In this document: positions 22,481 through 32,327 of the stretch, piece by piece
How positions within the stretch are numbered: position 1 is the stretch's first letter
Layout of the letters: every line of letters begins with the position of its first letter
NCBI GenBank assembly: GCA_023205875.1
Contig: CP060757.1
Span: 992,001-1,056,000, forward strand
Origin: Chloropicon primus
Taxonomy: Eukaryota
Direction of reading: 5' to 3'
DNA length: 64,000 nt
The notes under the pieces: generated by a model
Database searches by the model: none
What the model saw: the letters and a program-made list of their open reading frames with translations, nothing else
Told to the model about the DNA's origin: nothing
Translations under genes and position numbers: made by a program

Positions 22481-23641
22481 ATGGCAGAACAGAGACGCGC
22501 GCTCCTTCCGTTCCTGCAGAGGGCGGAGGAGGTGCAAAAGGTGGAGCCGAGGATTGCCTACTACTGCCGGTTGTACGCGGTGGAGGAGGGTTTGAAGCTG
22601 CAGAATAGAGAGAAGGCGATCGATGAGCTCCTTTTCAGCGTGATGGACAAGCTCGAGGCGTACAAGTCGAAGAACAAGTTGGATCCCGAGGAGGACAAGC
22701 TTCACTTGGAGGGCTTCGCGCTCAAGATCTTCGACAGGGCTGATAGGGTAGACAGAGCGGGCCGGGCAGACATGAGCACTTGCAAAACGTTCTACGCGGC
22801 GAGCGTTTTCATGGAGGTGTGCACCCAGTTCGGGGCCTTGGACGAGGACCTCCTGGGCAAGCAGAAGTACGCCGCCTGGAAGGCCGCGGACATCAGGAAA
22901 GCGATCAGGGAGGGGAGGAAGCCCACGGTGGGGTCGGGGATCGTCGAGAAGAATTATGGGCCAGGGGACAAAGTTCTCTGCAAGGTGGACGAGGGCTCCG
23001 TCCCCGTCGAGGGGGCGGTCCTGTCTTCGATGGACAACACGTTCATGGTCTCGCTACCCGGTGGAACGATGCAGCTGAAGGGGAACCAGCTCGCACTTCG
23101 CGTGCTGCCCGGATCGGCGGTGACCTACTCCAAGGACGGAAAGCAGGAAGAGGGAAAGGTTGTGTCAGTGGACGTGACCGTGTGGCCCCCGTCCTACGAC
23201 GTGGAGAAGAGCAGCGGGGGAACCTTGGGCACCGAGGAGCAGTACATCACCGTTACTGCAGAGCCTCCTCAAGCGAATCTCGATGCTCTCAACGTCAGGG
23301 ACGAGCCCGCGGCGGGTGTACCCGTGAGCGCCCCGGCCAGCGCGCAGCCACCCCCGCCGCCGATACAACCCCCGGCCCCGCCAGCTTCTGCGCCCCACGC
23401 CCAAGACCCCTCTCCCGGTGTCGTCAACGTGCGAGTGGAGCCATCACCGAGCCCGAGGGCACATGCACAGGCCACACCTGCCCCTAAAGTTGTCCCGGGA
23501 TACGTCCCAAGTCTTTTGCAAATGAACGACGCGCAGAGGCAAGCCAAGGTCGCGGTCTCGTCTCTGGGCTTCCAGGACTACAAGTCAGCCATCGACTACC
23601 TGCAAAGGGCCTTGGCCTTGCTGACCTCGCCACAAACCTAA
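22481..23641 (+). CDS. VTA1: VTA1/LIP5 (VPS4 activator) with an inserted central region
   Basis: PFLQRAEE...AYYCRLYA, KTFYAAS, KQKYAAWKAADIRKAIREGRKP, and a C-terminal VSL domain (AQRQAKVAVSSLGFQD...AIDYLQRAL). Confidence 0.9.
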   Translation: MAEQRRALLPFLQRAEEVQKVEPRIAYYCRLYAVEEGLKLQNREKAIDELLFSVMDKLEAYKSKNKLDPEEDKLHLEGFALKIFDRADRVDRAGRADMSTCKTFYAASVFMEVCTQFGALDEDLLGKQKYAAWKAADIRKAIREGRKPTVGSGIVEKNYGPGDKVLCKVDEGSVPVEGAVLSSMDNTFMVSLPGGTMQLKGNQLALRVLPGSAVTYSKDGKQEEGKVVSVDVTVWPPSYDVEKSSGGTLGTEEQYITVTAEPPQANLDALNVRDEPAAGVPVSAPASAQPPPPPIQPPAPPASAPHAQDPSPGVVNVRVEPSPSPRAHAQATPAPKVVPGYVPSLLQMNDAQRQAKVAVSSLGFQDYKSAIDYLQRALALLTSPQT

Positions 23642-23843
23642 CATTGTATTGTATATCAAATCTGTACAACTTGCTTGTTGTTGTGGCTTGGTGCCACAAT
23701 CGTTCTGGTCCCAAGTTCTGGTCCCATCGGCAATTTTCTTTTGAGGGGAACCAAGCCAGGGGGGCGACGAGAGCGTGCGAGCGAGGATCGAGTGTTTGTG
23801 GTGTGTTAGGGAGAGAGAGAGAGGACAGGGGAGGGGAGAGGCG

Positions 23844-25064
23844 ATGAACGCGGACAGCGCTCGACTTGATTCCTTCTACGATGTTGTCATCGTGGGCGGT
23901 GGGATCATGGGCGCTTGCACGGCGTACTCCATCGCAAGACGCTTCGAGGAAGAGGGGCTTGGTCGAAGGGTTATGTTGTGCGAGCAGTTCTCGTTTGGTC
24001 ACAAACGGGGGTCGTCACACGGGTCAAGCAGGATCATACGAAAGTCGTACCATGAATCCTTTTATGTGAGAATGATGGGCAGAGCTTACATGCTTTGGGA
24101 TGAGGCTCAGGCAGAAGCGAACTGCAAAGTAATCACGAGAACGGGAGGGTTAGATTTCGTCTTGGAGGGGAGCGAGATAGAGACAAAGCTCAAGGAATCG
24201 ATGAAGTCGGCAGGTGTTGAGTTTTCGGTTCTGGACTTGAAATCGCTTTCCGATCGCTTCCCTGGGTTTTCCATGCCTCCTGGCTTTGTCTGCATCCAAT
24301 CTGGTGACGCTGGCGTCGTCAACGCGTCCAGTGCCTGCGAGATGTTCCGTTGTTTGGCCAGGCGCCATGGGGCAATCACGGCGGAAAATCTCACGGTGGA
24401 GTCGTGGACTGCTGCTGAAGTCGTCGACCTGACCGGCAAGCGCCTCCAAGGCAAGCTCCTTCGCACTTCGCGTGGAGTCGTGCACGCGAGTCGAATCGTT
24501 TGTACGGCGGGCGCTTGGACAGCAAAACTCCTCGGACGCCAAAACCTGACGCTCGATCCGATAAACACGACAGTCGTTTACTGGAAGACAAAGGAAGGGA
24601 GCGATCCCGGAGTGTATCAGGCGGAGAAGAATGCGCCGGTCTTCATCGTGTACGCGGATCCGAAAGAGCCGCACGGCGTTTTGAACGCTTACGGAACGCC
24701 AGCGATCGAGTACCCCGGGCTGATCAAGTTCTGTCTTCATTCAGGTTCTTCCTGTTCTCCCGAAGATCGCCTCTGCATCCCGAACCTGCAGGACATCGAG
24801 GAGAAGCTGAAGGATCTGACAAGAACCTTCTTACCCCACGTTGACGTCGAGAACCACGTCGCGGCTGAAGCCTGCATGTACAATAACACAAGGGATGAGA
24901 ACTTCATATTGGACGTGCTCTCAGACAACACAGTCCTTGGCTGTGGCTTTTCGGGCCACGGCTTCAAGTTCGGTCCTCTGATCGGGGAGCTTCTCTGCTC
25001 CTTGGCCTTGGACGAGGAGCCAGAATTCTCCCTCGAGCCTTTCTCCGCTCGAAGGTTCTCCTGA
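23844..25064 (+). CDS. Monomeric sarcosine / L-pipecolate oxidase (FAD)
   Basis: VGGGIMG, HKRGSSHGSSRIIR, FAD-attachment CMY, and GFSGHGFKFGP. Confidence 0.9.
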   Translation: MNADSARLDSFYDVVIVGGGIMGACTAYSIARRFEEEGLGRRVMLCEQFSFGHKRGSSHGSSRIIRKSYHESFYVRMMGRAYMLWDEAQAEANCKVITRTGGLDFVLEGSEIETKLKESMKSAGVEFSVLDLKSLSDRFPGFSMPPGFVCIQSGDAGVVNASSACEMFRCLARRHGAITAENLTVESWTAAEVVDLTGKRLQGKLLRTSRGVVHASRIVCTAGAWTAKLLGRQNLTLDPINTTVVYWKTKEGSDPGVYQAEKNAPVFIVYADPKEPHGVLNAYGTPAIEYPGLIKFCLHSGSSCSPEDRLCIPNLQDIEEKLKDLTRTFLPHVDVENHVAAEACMYNNTRDENFILDVLSDNTVLGCGFSGHGFKFGPLIGELLCSLALDEEPEFSLEPFSARRFS

Positions 25065-25222
25065 TTGGACTTGGACTCTCCTGTGCTATGCTCTCTCTCC
25101 TGTGCAGTACTTTTATGTGCTTGTACGCTACAATGTAAGTTATTTCCGCCATTGTTGCATCATCTTCTCCCCCCCGCCCCATAGCCGAGAGTGGCGCGAG
25201 AGGGGGTGTGGCGAGACGGGGT

Positions 25223-25277
25223 GTGGCGCTATTGTACTGACGCGGGCGTGGCGCTATTGTACTGACGCGGGCGTGGC
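25223..25277. repeat. 25-bp tandem repeat (2.2 copies) upstream of GOS1
   Basis: gtggcgctattgtactgacgcgggc x2 followed by gtggc. Confidence 0.9.
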
Positions 25278-25410
25278 TTGGAGACAAGGGTTCCCTTCGT
25301 GCCCTTTCGCTCTGCTCCGTTCTGTGCCCCGGTGGTCGGAGGCGAAGCGTCTTTGCGTTGCGCGGAAGAAAAGAAGAAGGTTTTTCGTAGCGTAATTTTG
25401 AGGTCTCGCC

Positions 25411-26088
25411 ATGGGACAACAGCGTGCCTGGGAGTTGCTGAGGAAGGAGGCCCGGAAGCTGGAGAGCGAGGTAGACTCCAAGTTGGCCACTTATGGAAAG
25501 TACGACAAGGGTTTCGGGTACAGGCAGAACGACCCGGCTTCGGAGGGGGGGTACGCCTCGGCGGTCCAGGCTACCCAGATAGAGGACCTCCTGGCGAACC
25601 TTACCCGCGTGAACGAGGAGATGGTTGGCACGGTCTCCGATAGCGACTCGAGGAGGCACACCCTCGCGAGGCACAACGACATCTTGCAGGAGTACCAGCA
25701 AGAGTTCAAACGACTCAAGTCGATACAGAGCTCGATGCAGGACCGGGCGGACCTCCTCGGGGACGTGGAGAGCGGGGCGAACGCCCCCCTCCTCCCGCTC
25801 TCGAGCAACTCCAACACGATACTGAGGGAGAGGGCGAACATCGGGAACGTGAACAACGCCCTCGACGACGTGATAGGGCAGGCCCAGAACGTGGCTTCCT
25901 CCCTCATGCAGCAAAGGAGGGTCTTTGACGGGGTAAATAGCAAGCTCAACATGCTTGGGGCGAGGTTTCCCGTCGTGAACAGCCTCCTGACGTCCATCCG
26001 GCGGAGGAAGGCGAAGGATACCATCGTCATGTCCATCGTGGTCGCTATTTGCCTGACGCTCATGATCATGTACCTCTTCTCGAGGTAA
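25411..26088 (+). CDS. GOS1: Golgi SNARE GOS1/GS28
   Basis: WELLRKEARKLESEVDSKL, HTLARHNDIL, RFPVVNSLL..IRRRK..D, and a C-terminal TM anchor. Confidence 0.92.
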   Translation: MGQQRAWELLRKEARKLESEVDSKLATYGKYDKGFGYRQNDPASEGGYASAVQATQIEDLLANLTRVNEEMVGTVSDSDSRRHTLARHNDILQEYQQEFKRLKSIQSSMQDRADLLGDVESGANAPLLPLSSNSNTILRERANIGNVNNALDDVIGQAQNVASSLMQQRRVFDGVNSKLNMLGARFPVVNSLLTSIRRRKAKDTIVMSIVVAICLTLMIMYLFSR

Positions 26089-26446
26089 AAGGGTGTTTTT
26101 GTTTAGACGGTGGTGGTTGACGAGGGCGACCACGGGCTAACGCAGGCCGCGTGCCCGTCGCCCTCTCCCTGTAGACAAGTAGAAGCACATGTAAATACAA
26201 CATTCCGTTATTCTCGGCCTTGCCCTGGTCTCCCTCTCTCCCTCGCACGCACGCGGGACGCGGACACACCACAAGGAAACACGCGTCGTCTTCATAAGAA
26301 GCTATCTATATCAATCAGTATTTCAACATGATCTTTAAGGTAGTTTAAAGTATTAAAGTAAGGGAAAGAAGCACGCAAGCGCCCCTCGCCCTCCGAGCCC
26401 CCCGCAAAAGCGGAGCGTCGTCCTCAAGAGCAGCAAAAGTAAAGAT

Positions 26447-27333
26447 TTACTTGGACTTCTTCTTCTGCATCTTCTTCATGTAGAACTCGAGCTCCTTCCC
26501 CTCAAGGATGTACCCGTCACACCTTCCGCACTGTCCAGGCCTGGAAGAGATACAAGCGTACAATCTACCGGTGACGAACTGCTCGTCGAGGAGAGGGTCA
26601 AGCTTCCTGTCAGCCTGCCTGGCGGCGAGCTTTCTCGTGAGGTGCTTGCTCCTCTTGGTGTCGTCGACAACCTCCTCCTGCTTCTGTCCCTTGACCTTCT
26701 TCACTCCGATCTTCACTCCGTAGTGAGACTCGTACCAGTGTCTGAATGGGGTGGCATCGATCTGAACGATGGCAGACTTGACCAAAGTCTGCGTTCTAAC
26801 CAACTCGTTGTTGGAGGCGTTGTAGGTGACGTCCAAGACACGGGTCTTCCTGGCGACGGCCTCGGATGGCCAGGACCAGTTACCGGAGTCAAGTCTCAAA
26901 GCACGGAACTTGTAGTTTCCGCCGCGAACACGGACCCGTCTCACGCAAACGTTGGAACTGATCTTCGTTCCGGCTGGGATACGTCCCATCTCGTGCTTTC
27001 TCTTCTTCCTCCATTTCTTCTGGCGCCCACCGGTGGCGCGGCGTTTATGAAGCGAGTCACGACCAATACCTGGAAAGAGCCACGAGGAGGAGAAAGCTCG
27101 TCAGCACAACGCACGAGGAGGAGGAGGAGGAGCGGGGGGCGACGGGCCCACCGCCACCACGAAACAAAAAAAAAAAGAACAAGAAGAAGAGAGGGATCCC
27201 CCACAGAAGAAGAAGAAGAGCAAAACACGCCGCAACCGCGCGAAAAGCTCTTCGACTCTTCGACTCGACGCTGTCCCTCCCTCCGTCGAGGAAAACCCCT
27301 CGTTCCCCGTCACGTATCCCTCCACTTACCCAT
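26447..27333 (-). CDS. RPS8: 40S ribosomal protein eS8; exons 27333-27330 and 27069-26447
   Basis: ATGG|gtaagt...ccag|GTATT gives [16 protein letters not shown]. Also [13 protein letters not shown] and [22 protein letters not shown]. Confidence 0.97.
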
Positions 27334-27810
27334 GGCGTTGCTTTCCTTTCGAGCTCCGCTGGTGACAAAGTTCTGTTCGTGCCCTCCTCCCTCCTCGCCT
27401 TTCTTTTCGGCGGCGGCGGCCGCATTACACGCAAACATGCGCTTCCCAACCAAGGGAAAATCTACTCGTGACATTTGCACTTAAAAATGCAGAATGTATT
27501 TGAGATTTCCGGGAAACTTCTACTTCTCCAAAGAGGGAACGTCGTTCCATACCCATACAGAGGAGAACAAAAGGGGGAACAAGGCAAGGACGCCTCGACT
27601 CAATCCTCCTCCTCCTCATGTCCGCGAGCTGGACGAGTCCACTCCTCGAGGGTTGCGGGGTGTGGGTGTGGGTGTGTGGGTGTGCCAAAGGAAGGAGTTT
27701 CGTTTTTTCATGCTTTGCGTTGTTTTTAGATTACAAGGTTGGGAGGGCAAGGAAATTTTTTGCTTGTCTTATCTTTTTTTTCTCTTTCTTGGGCCGCCTT
27801 CCTCTCTGGA

Positions 27811-27841
<31 letters not shown>

Positions 27842-27950
27842 GTGTGTGTCTCTCTCCGCGCGACGTGGCAGGAACGGGCCCTTCACAGCCTTCCCGCCAT
27901 CCTCGAAAGAGGAGGACTATTGCTCTCGCCGAGAACTGAAAGGTAATCGA

Positions 27951-28746
27951 CTACTTGACCTTCTCCGTCTGGTAGAGTCCCTGCTTCTTGTGCATGTCTC
28001 TCGCGACCTGAGAGCTGATTCCCTGGTTCGAGAGGCCGATGGTGTCGCTGACCAGGGCGCATTCGGAGAAAATCTGGTTGGTGGTCTTCCAGGTGCGGCT
28101 CGACTCGGGGTCGCCGTCCCTCAGGGCCACGACGCTACTACCCCTGTACGACTCCACCGCCCGTCCTGTTGCCTTCCCGCAAGTGTTGAATCGGGTGCCC
28201 GTGATGTTCTCCATGGTCTCCTTGGGCCTGTTGCGGGAGGCGTTCGGGTAGTACGGCATCAACTTCTTTTTCGAGCCCGACCCGCTGCCGACGTGCTTGA
28301 CACCGTTCTGGAAGAACGAGTTCGTCGTCTCGCCGTAGAAGATCGACTTGGCGCCGTAAGCGTTCTTGGCCTTGTAGCCGGTCTTGGGGACCTCGTGGCA
28401 CACGGCCACCCACTCCCCTCCGCGCTTCACCATCTTTTTGGCGGAGCCAAGCATGCTACATCAGGAGGACACGAGAGAAGGCCAAGGAAATGGGAGAGGG
28501 GAAACGTCGTCAGCGGCCGGGAACGAAAAATTGTGGCTCGAGACGGAGGACAGGGCGCCGGGAAGCGATCAAGGCGACGACCTTGCAGAGCCTTGGGCCC
28601 GAATCAAGTATGGAAATACTTGACGAGAGGACATGTTCCAATCTCTCCAATGTCGTCCCCATTTTTCCCTCGGCACTCGCCGCATCACACCAGGTCGTCC
28701 TGGCCAGGTCGCGTCCCACTTACCAGTTCGTGTTTTGGTTCGTCAT
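27951..28746 (-). CDS. Basic hypothetical protein (~175 aa); exons 28746-28724 and 28455-27951
   Basis: GTAAGT donor, GCTGAC branch and TAG acceptor join MTNQNTN-C to the 167-aa ORF in frame. Codon usage looks coding. No family recognised. Confidence 0.6.
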
Positions 28747-29161
28747 GATTGTCGCGCACTGTGAGGAATCCTCGTCACAGTCACCGCGTAGTCAACCAAC
28801 CCAAGTTCACTCTCTCTCTCTCTCTCTCTCTCTTATACGATGAGATGAGCCCAAAATAGTCAAAGGCCAAAGCTCCGAGGGTCAAAGCTAGCAAAACGTG
28901 TACATTATGGTACACCGCAGAAACGGGAAGAGAGAGAGAGAGAGAGAGAGAGAGGAAGAGAGAGAGAGGAGAGGGAGGAGAGGAGTTTGTCCCTTTCGAG
29001 GAGGAAAGTGTTGGAGGCGTTGGAGGGCAAGGAGGACGTGCGTGGTTCCCTGCGGTTGCGACTTGGAGGTCCGAGGCAAGGCTTGCCTTTTGGGGTAACT
29101 TAAGGGGGGTGTTGCGAGTTGGCTGTGAATTGTGGGAAGGAGAGGGAGAGAGTAGGGAAGG

Positions 29162-30289
29162 ATGACGCTGTCTCCGGAAGCGGTTTCGCCCGCGGAGCTG
29201 GTGAACAGGTGCCGCGTCCTGAGCGAGCGGGTGGCGCAGCACAACAGGCGGATGAAGGCGGACGAGCAGGCCTTGGGTTCGGAGATCGACACGGCGTACA
29301 GGGAGCTGAGGAGCCAGATTGAGAGTTCGAGGGACAGCGGGACGGGGGAGGACGAGGGGCTCGAGCAGCTCCTGCTCGCGAAGAAGATCTACGAAGGCCA
29401 AGGTCCAGGGGGGGACCTGCGCATCATGAGCTCGACGACCAAGAAGACTCCAATCATGCTCAAGTACCTCCTGGGCAAGGAGACTGCCGGGGTTCTCATT
29501 CGTTTCGACCAGAGGCTCAAGCTGAAGCAAGAGTACTTCAAGTTTCGCCACGCCGCGGCCCTGATCTTCACGATCGTGCCCCTGATCCTGGGCTTCGGGC
29601 TGAGGCGAGCCACTCAGATGGAGGCCATGGGGGAGCAGGGAAGCTTGTCTCCTCCCCTGTGGGTGGCCACCCAAGCTTACGCCGCCTGGCTGGTGTACTT
29701 TTACGTGTCCTTGGCACTCAGGGAGAACATCCTGGTCATGAACGGGAGCGACATCAGGGCATGGTGGATCCACCACCACTACATCATGGTCCTCTTCACT
29801 TTGGTTCTGATGACGCTCCCGACGGAGAGCAAGGCTTTCAAGATTTTCTCCGAGAAGTTCATCTTCTTCAACGTGCTGCAAGGGCTGATCATGATGTTCC
29901 AAAACAAGTACCAGTCGAGGAGACTGTACAGGCAGATAGCCCTCGGCAGAAACAAAACGATGGACGTGGTGAGCACGGAGAGCTCGCCAGGGAAGGGCCA
30001 CCTCCTCGTTCTGTACCCGGCTCTTTTCGCTATGCAAGCGCTACAGTTTGCTGTGGCGATAGACGCAATCTTGTATTCTGCGAACGACTTCTTCAGCGAG
30101 GTGGGGTGGCTCGACAACGTGCCCTCCAGCACAGACCTGAGGAGCTCAAGAGGCGTTTTCGTGTGCGGTGTTCTGTTCATGATTCTGGCTCTCGGTAACT
30201 TGCTCTCCACCCTCGCGACGATCTTCTCCAAAGCCAAAAAATCTTCGAGGAGGAACGCAAAGTCTTCGAGCAACAAAAAGAGCAGATAA
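29162..30289 (+). CDS. TMEM120/TMPIT family membrane protein
   Basis: N-terminal coiled coil, LKLKQEYFKF, LALRENILVMNGSDIRAWWIHHHY and QNKYQSRRLYRQIALG...MDV. Confidence 0.9.
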   Translation: MTLSPEAVSPAELVNRCRVLSERVAQHNRRMKADEQALGSEIDTAYRELRSQIESSRDSGTGEDEGLEQLLLAKKIYEGQGPGGDLRIMSSTTKKTPIMLKYLLGKETAGVLIRFDQRLKLKQEYFKFRHAAALIFTIVPLILGFGLRRATQMEAMGEQGSLSPPLWVATQAYAAWLVYFYVSLALRENILVMNGSDIRAWWIHHHYIMVLFTLVLMTLPTESKAFKIFSEKFIFFNVLQGLIMMFQNKYQSRRLYRQIALGRNKTMDVVSTESSPGKGHLLVLYPALFAMQALQFAVAIDAILYSANDFFSEVGWLDNVPSSTDLRSSRGVFVCGVLFMILALGNLLSTLATIFSKAKKSSRRNAKSSSNKKSR

Positions 30290-30351
30290 TATTACTGCCT
30301 GCTTAATAACTTTACTATAAGCCAACTACCAAGATGTATCCACCAAACCTT

Positions 30352-32079
30352 TCACAAGATCTTCTGGGCTGATCCGCTTGCCGGAATGCTCACAGGCAGA
30401 CCTTCGTCCACCACGCGTTCCCGCCGAGGAGTTGTGGAGAGACCTGCGAATTCCCCCACCGTCATTGCCGCAGGCCTGAATTCCTCCATCCATTCTCCAT
30501 TCGTGGTGGGGCGGGGAAGGCCTGCTGCTGGTGCCTTTGGGGTTGCGAAAAGCACCGTGCCCCCATCCAGGCCGAGAGATGGGCAGTCGCTCTGCTTCAG
30601 CAGCGTGAGCAGGACCTGGTTCTTGTGCGAGAAGTAGCTTTCAGAGAATTTCCTCATGGCCTCGTCAAATTCTGGCACAGGCGTTTCCAGCAACGGCTCG
30701 TCGGCGGATTTTCCTTTATCGGCGTCACTCGTCGTGGTTTCCAGATTGACAAGCAGAGCGGGAGAGTCCCACTCCTCGAGCACAGAGTCTGGACTACGCT
30801 TCGTGACAGCCGCAGTTTTGTTTTCCTTGGTGTCCTCCGCTGTCATAGCACCAGCCTCGGAATCGCCGCCGCTAAACGACTTCCCTTGCGACATTGCAGG
30901 CCCTCCGCTGCTGCACAGGACAAACTTGTGTACCAGCGCCGCCTTTGTGCTCGACCCCAAGGCAGACTCTAGTTGGGATACATATGGAGTTTCCAACCTT
31001 CTGTAGCTGATCCCCGAGCAAGCAAAGTTCGTTGTCAAGGAGTCCCGTGAGCTGCTCTGCTGCTCCGGAGATGGTTCCTCCTGGCGTGATTTGGTGCACG
31101 ACCCAGCTTCACTGGAAGAGGAACTGGCAGCAACACTCTGGGTGTAGTGCAGGGGAGCGTAAGGAAAGCTCTGTGGGCTCGTGAAGGAACTCGCAGGAGA
31201 GTCCCCCGAGGCTGCGCTGCTGAGCATGGGCGAAAAGTATTTTGGACTCTGAGCAGTCTTCGCAACGCCGGGCCGTTGCCAGAAACTGCGGAGGCCGCGG
31301 CCTTCGGGAGACAGAAGAGGGTTGTCCTCGTCCAGGCTGCATGGGGAAAGACCGCCGGGGGACTGCTCGCCCCCCCCCGGCGATCGCAGAATCTGAACCC
31401 CCGGACTCGGCGCTTTGCCTCCCGTGATGTAATCCTCGAGAATCACAAAGGGGCTCGACCGGGCGCGGGCACCGCCTTCCTGGCACAGGTCACGTCCCAA
31501 CGCTCCCCGAGGACAACGAAGAGGAGACTTGAGCCTCAACGCGCCCTCGGGGAGAGCTTGGAACGAGCAGTCGCAGTGTTCCCACCGTCGTCTCCCCGAT
31601 GCTTTGCCGCCGCGCTCGCTCTCCGAAGCGCGGCTTGGCATCTCGCGCCCATTCTCCAGCAGATAGTTGAGCCTGTGCGCCGAGGTCGGCGGAGAGGGGA
31701 AGGCGTCCGCGACCGCCAGCCTCTCCTCGAAGGAGGCCTGCATCGCTTGCACTTGCTCTGGACTCAGGCTCGCCCCCCCGGAGGTCCTCGACAACGTCTT
31801 CAGGAATTGGAAGTGGCCCTCCAGGCTGCGGATGATCTCGGGGTTCAGCTCCAGCAGGTCCGCCTTCCCTCGACCCTTCCTCCTCTTGTACTTGGTCCTC
31901 TTGAAGAACGCGCGGACGCCCGACCAGAAGCTCTGCCCACCATCATCCTCTCCATCGTCACCACCGAGCTCGGCCGCGAGGTGCGCCCGCAAGAACTCGT
32001 GGTAGGCCTCCATGCCACCCTCCATCGTCGTCCAGTACGGCCGTTCCCCATCCCTCGAGACGCCCTCGCCTCCCTCCAT
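30352..32079 (-). CDS. Hypothetical Ser/Pro-rich, largely disordered protein
   Basis: Long uninterrupted ORF filling the space between two genes, with many SP/TP sites. No domain recognised. Confidence 0.55.
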   Translation of the reverse strand: MEGGEGVSRDGERPYWTTMEGGMEAYHEFLRAHLAAELGGDDGEDDGGQSFWSGVRAFFKRTKYKRRKGRGKADLLELNPEIIRSLEGHFQFLKTLSRTSGGASLSPEQVQAMQASFEERLAVADAFPSPPTSAHRLNYLLENGREMPSRASESERGGKASGRRRWEHCDCSFQALPEGALRLKSPLRCPRGALGRDLCQEGGARARSSPFVILEDYITGGKAPSPGVQILRSPGGGEQSPGGLSPCSLDEDNPLLSPEGRGLRSFWQRPGVAKTAQSPKYFSPMLSSAASGDSPASSFTSPQSFPYAPLHYTQSVAASSSSSEAGSCTKSRQEEPSPEQQSSSRDSLTTNFACSGISYRRLETPYVSQLESALGSSTKAALVHKFVLCSSGGPAMSQGKSFSGGDSEAGAMTAEDTKENKTAAVTKRSPDSVLEEWDSPALLVNLETTTSDADKGKSADEPLLETPVPEFDEAMRKFSESYFSHKNQVLLTLLKQSDCPSLGLDGGTVLFATPKAPAAGLPRPTTNGEWMEEFRPAAMTVGEFAGLSTTPRRERVVDEGLPVSIPASGSAQKIL

Positions 32080-32327
32080 GATGCTCCCGACCCCCGTCTT
32101 CAACACCACTCCAGCTCCCAGCTCAGCTGACGTTTTTTTGAATTTTTGTAACGGTTTTTTTTCTCTTTGTAAGTGCTTTGAGTTTTGGAGAGAAATCATC
32201 CCCGATTGTTTTACAAAAGACTTATAAAATATGTGTATTGGAGAATCGAGCCTCGAGTCCCTCGGCAATGTCAGCAACCTTCAGCAAAGACGCGCGCTGC
32301 TGCGATCGTTCCTGTGGACGTCTCCTT

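Noticed and set aside
25223..25277. Short direct repeats (also 9841-9900 and 42344-42386) as CRISPR-like arrays
   Set aside because: Tandem copies without spacers, no cas genes, and a eukaryotic context.
27070..27329. snoRNA in the RPS8 intron
   Set aside because: No box C (RTGATGA) or rRNA-complementary guide found on the sense strand.
28605..28622. 7-bp hairpin CAAGTAT-GGAA-ATACTTG in an intron
   Set aside because: Too short to distinguish from chance, and no other RNA-family features nearby.
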